A DNA stretch of 64,000 nucleotides from Chiloscyllium plagiosum (taxonomy: Eukaryota): contig NC_057719.1 of assembly GCF_004010195.1 (NCBI RefSeq), positions 25,196,809-25,260,808 on the forward strand, written 5' to 3'. Shown in pieces: positions 62,168 to 64,000 of the stretch (position 1 is its first letter; the number at the start of each line of letters is the position of its first letter). Both the position numbers and the translations under genes were made by a program. The notes beneath the pieces are model-generated. The model ran no database searches, was not told the origin of the DNA, and saw only the letters and a program-made list of their open reading frames with translations.

Positions 62168-62845
62168 GTATATCATTTACTCATCTTGTTTGAACTCAAA
62201 GCGAATTGCTAATTATCTGTTATAAAAGACATGTTATTAACCTGAATAATAAGAGTTATTTGACACCTTATCAAAGCCCCTGTTCCCTGTGACATTATAA
62301 GTTCTAAACCCTCCCAGTGCAGTTGTCCCAATCTTATTGAAAACTTGTGGATGCTGCTGCATGGGCAGTTGCATTATTTTGCAGGAGACGGCAATACAAT
62401 ATTTACCTTGTGAGAATGATCAAAGTACTTGCTGTGAGGAGTGAATTCCAACAAGCATGAACCACCCTGTCAATTCTTTTCTTGGATTTCCTACGGTCTA
62501 GAGCTTCTTAGGAGCCATGCCAGGCTGAATCCACAGCATCTAAACTTTGAAATACTGTTGTTGAATCCAGTGTTGTACCCACATGTGGACTTTTACCATC
62601 TTTTCACATCAGAAATGTTGCCCATCTGTATAATGCAGCTCCTAGCATGTTGAATCCATTCACTTAATCAGGGGTGGAGATGGAGCCCCAAACTGCCACC
62701 CTCCTACCTGGTTAGATGTCAACACTGCCACCGAACGTGCCTCACAAGAGGGCACAAGATTTTACCCAATGTCCTACACTTGCACTGTACCTGTTCATTT
62801 CAAACTCCACTATCTCCCTATACCCAGTGAATTAATATTAAGGTT

Positions 62846-63152
62846 AGATTAGATTAGATTACTTACAGTGTGGAAACAGGCCCTTCGGCCCAACCAGTCC
62901 ATACCGACCCGCCGAAGCGCAACCCACCCATACCCCTACATTTACCCCTTTAACCTAACACTATGGGCAATTTAGCATGGCCAATTCACCTGACCCGCAC
63001 ATCTTTGGACTGTGGGAGGAAACCGGAGCACCCGGAGGAAACCCACGCAGACACGGGGAGAATGTGCAAACTCCACACAGTCAGTCGCCTGAGTCGGGAA
63101 TTGAACCCGGGTCTCGGGCGCTGTGAGGCAGCAGTGCTAACCACTGTGCCAC
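62846..63152 (-). mobile_element. Near full-length HE1/V-SINE
   Basis: As 36190-36522. Confidence 0.9.
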
Positions 63153-63154
63153 TA

Positions 63155-63283
63155 CTAAATTGCCTGTAGTGTTAGGTAAGGGGCAAAATGTAGGGGTAGG
63201 GGTGGGTTTCGCTTCGGCGGGTTGGTGTGGACTTGTTGGGCCGAAGGGCCTGTTTCCACACTGTAATCTAATCTAATCTAAAA
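63155..63283 (+). mobile_element. HE1/V-SINE 3' part in opposite orientation
   Basis: ctaaattgcctgtagtgttagg...ccacactgtaatctaatctaatcta. Confidence 0.88.
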
Positions 63284-63649
63284 AAGGTTGCTGCCCTTGA
63301 TCTTTGAATTCCTTCCAGACTCTCATCCTGTCCTATCTCACTGCATACATGTCCTCCTTGTCTGGATTCTGAGTGTTTAAACTATTAAATCCTTATACTG
63401 GATGGACAATCTCCTCTGATGGTATTGCAAGAAGAACAACGGTGTTTACCCAAATATCCTGACCAGCATTTAGCCCTCAGTCAAACACGCAAAACAAATT
63501 ATCTGCTGCAAAATCCTTCCTTTTTCTGTATGTTTATCCCTTAAATCAAGAGGCTGTTTGAGTCCATGCACCTTGTCTTAATCTTAGAATTTAAAGTATA
63601 ATTCTAGATTTACTGCATATATTATGTAGAAGGTGAATCAACTGTAGAG

Positions 63650-63857
63650 AGTGCTGGAGAAACTCAGCAGCTCTATCAGCATCTGTGGAAATAGAGTTAA
63701 TGATTCAAGACGATGACCTTACCTCAGAACAAGTTCATACTGGACTCAAAACGTTAATTCCATTTCTCTCCCCACAGATGCTGACAGACCTACTGCGTTT
63801 CTCCAATAATCTCCACGTTTGTTTCAGATTTCCAGCATCCGTAGCATTTTGCTTTTA
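63650..63857. mobile_element. Degenerate palindromic P2 element
   Basis: gctggagaaactcagcag...agcatctgtgg versus cagatgctgacagacc...gtttctcca...ccagcatccgtag. Confidence 0.65.
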
Positions 63858-64000
63858 CTAGAAGGTGTAACAGGAGGCTTTTTCTTTAACCACAGATTTT
63901 AAGGCAAAACTTTGTGGGTTGACATCTACAAATGATCAACAATAAAATATGGTACCTTTCCCACTTCTTTGGGTTCATTTAAGGTGACCTCTCACACACC

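Overview
Eukaryotic, repeat-rich genomic DNA, almost certainly from a cartilaginous fish (shark), judged from HE1/V-SINE, Deu-domain SINE and CR1 content; the species is an inference. The only host coding sequence I can support is two + strand internal exons of ITPK1 (inositol-tetrakisphosphate 1-kinase): 57194-57319 (126 bp) and 62050-62167 (118 bp), both with canonical AG/GT borders. The rest is probably intron. It holds CR1 LINE fragments, tRNA-derived SINEs, a Tigger/pogo-like MITE, microsatellites, three assembly gaps and many Penelope-like element (PLE) derivatives. Main unusual signals: (1) four or five sequence-distinct families of PLE-derived ends share a minimal type-I hammerhead-ribozyme core (CUGANGA / helix II / GAA / palindromic ACGU or AGCU / short helix I) with covarying helices; (2) short non-autonomous palindromic insertions carry such a core on both strands, mostly 13-19 bp target-site duplications (TSDs) and an asymmetric ~35-nt tail; one is tandemly duplicated inside an ITPK1 intron; (3) a local double-inversion rearrangement at ~17.2-22.1 kb can be reconstructed from three independently broken LINEs; (4) a Pol III A-box followed by a ~40-bp hairpin at 39.8 kb. 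Most repeat boundaries were read by eye and are approximate; exon, TSD and ribozyme-core coordinates were counted explicitly.
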